Source of the DNA: Octopus bimaculoides
Taxonomy: Eukaryota
Length of the DNA: 64,000 bases
Assembly (NCBI RefSeq): GCF_001194135.2
Contig: NC_068999.1
Span: 1,404,563-1,468,562 of the forward strand
Direction of reading: 5' to 3'
The notes beneath the pieces were generated by a model. It saw only the letters and a program-made list of their open reading frames with translations. It had not been told where the DNA came from and did not search any database. How positions within the stretch are numbered: position 1 is the stretch's first letter; each line of letters opens with the position of its first letter. This document shows positions 63,626-64,000 of this stretch, piece after piece. A program made the position numbers and the translations under genes.

Positions 63626-63958
63626 TCAATATAATCAATTAAAATTGATTATTATTTTTTTATCTACGTTCTCTGGGTATTTACGTTAGAAAGTTTACTA
63701 CAGTTTTCATATTTCTTCAGTTTAGATTTTCTTATTCTTATTGACGTTGATGTTAATGTTGTTGTTGTTGTTGTCAGACATATAAGCTGAGGGAAAGAGC
63801 AGTGCTTCTTAGTAGCCAATATGGATGTCGACTAATCACATTTAAGAAAAATGGAGAAATTAATTTTTACATACAAAAGTAAAATTTAAAACCATTGCAT
63901 GAAAATATTCACGTAATAAAATTAGTGATTTGTGCACTCGATGGTACACATGTACATA

Positions 63959-64000
<42 letters not shown>

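Overview
This is 64 kb of AT-rich eukaryotic DNA from a gappy short-read assembly: 23 N-runs, about 6.9 kb in total, most abutting (TA)n, (TG)n or triplet microsatellites. The tRNA-derived SINE families and the extreme microsatellite load look like an octopod cephalopod (Octopus) genome. That assignment is pattern recognition, not a database result. I found no protein-coding gene I can support. Almost every long ORF in the supplied track reads through N-gaps or simple repeats. The window reads as intronic or intergenic DNA. It holds about 25 copies or fragments of at least four short retroelement families, a 233-bp TA-flanked Tc1/mariner-type MITE with 31-bp TIRs, an internally deleted mariner transposase remnant, the 3' end of a CR1-group LINE and many micro- and minisatellites. 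The most interesting structure is the modular SINE population. One CORE-like SINE carries an internal (TA/TG)n spacer. A second head+core occurs with alternative tails. Two SINE tails match the 3' ends of different, probably LINE-derived, fragments in the same window. There are also fold-back structures and a few orphan exon-like segments with good splice signals. No CRISPR, rRNA, functional tRNA or prokaryotic system is present, and I do not see a clearly novel gene system. Repeat boundaries are by eye (about +/-10-20 nt) unless the evidence gives exact positions.
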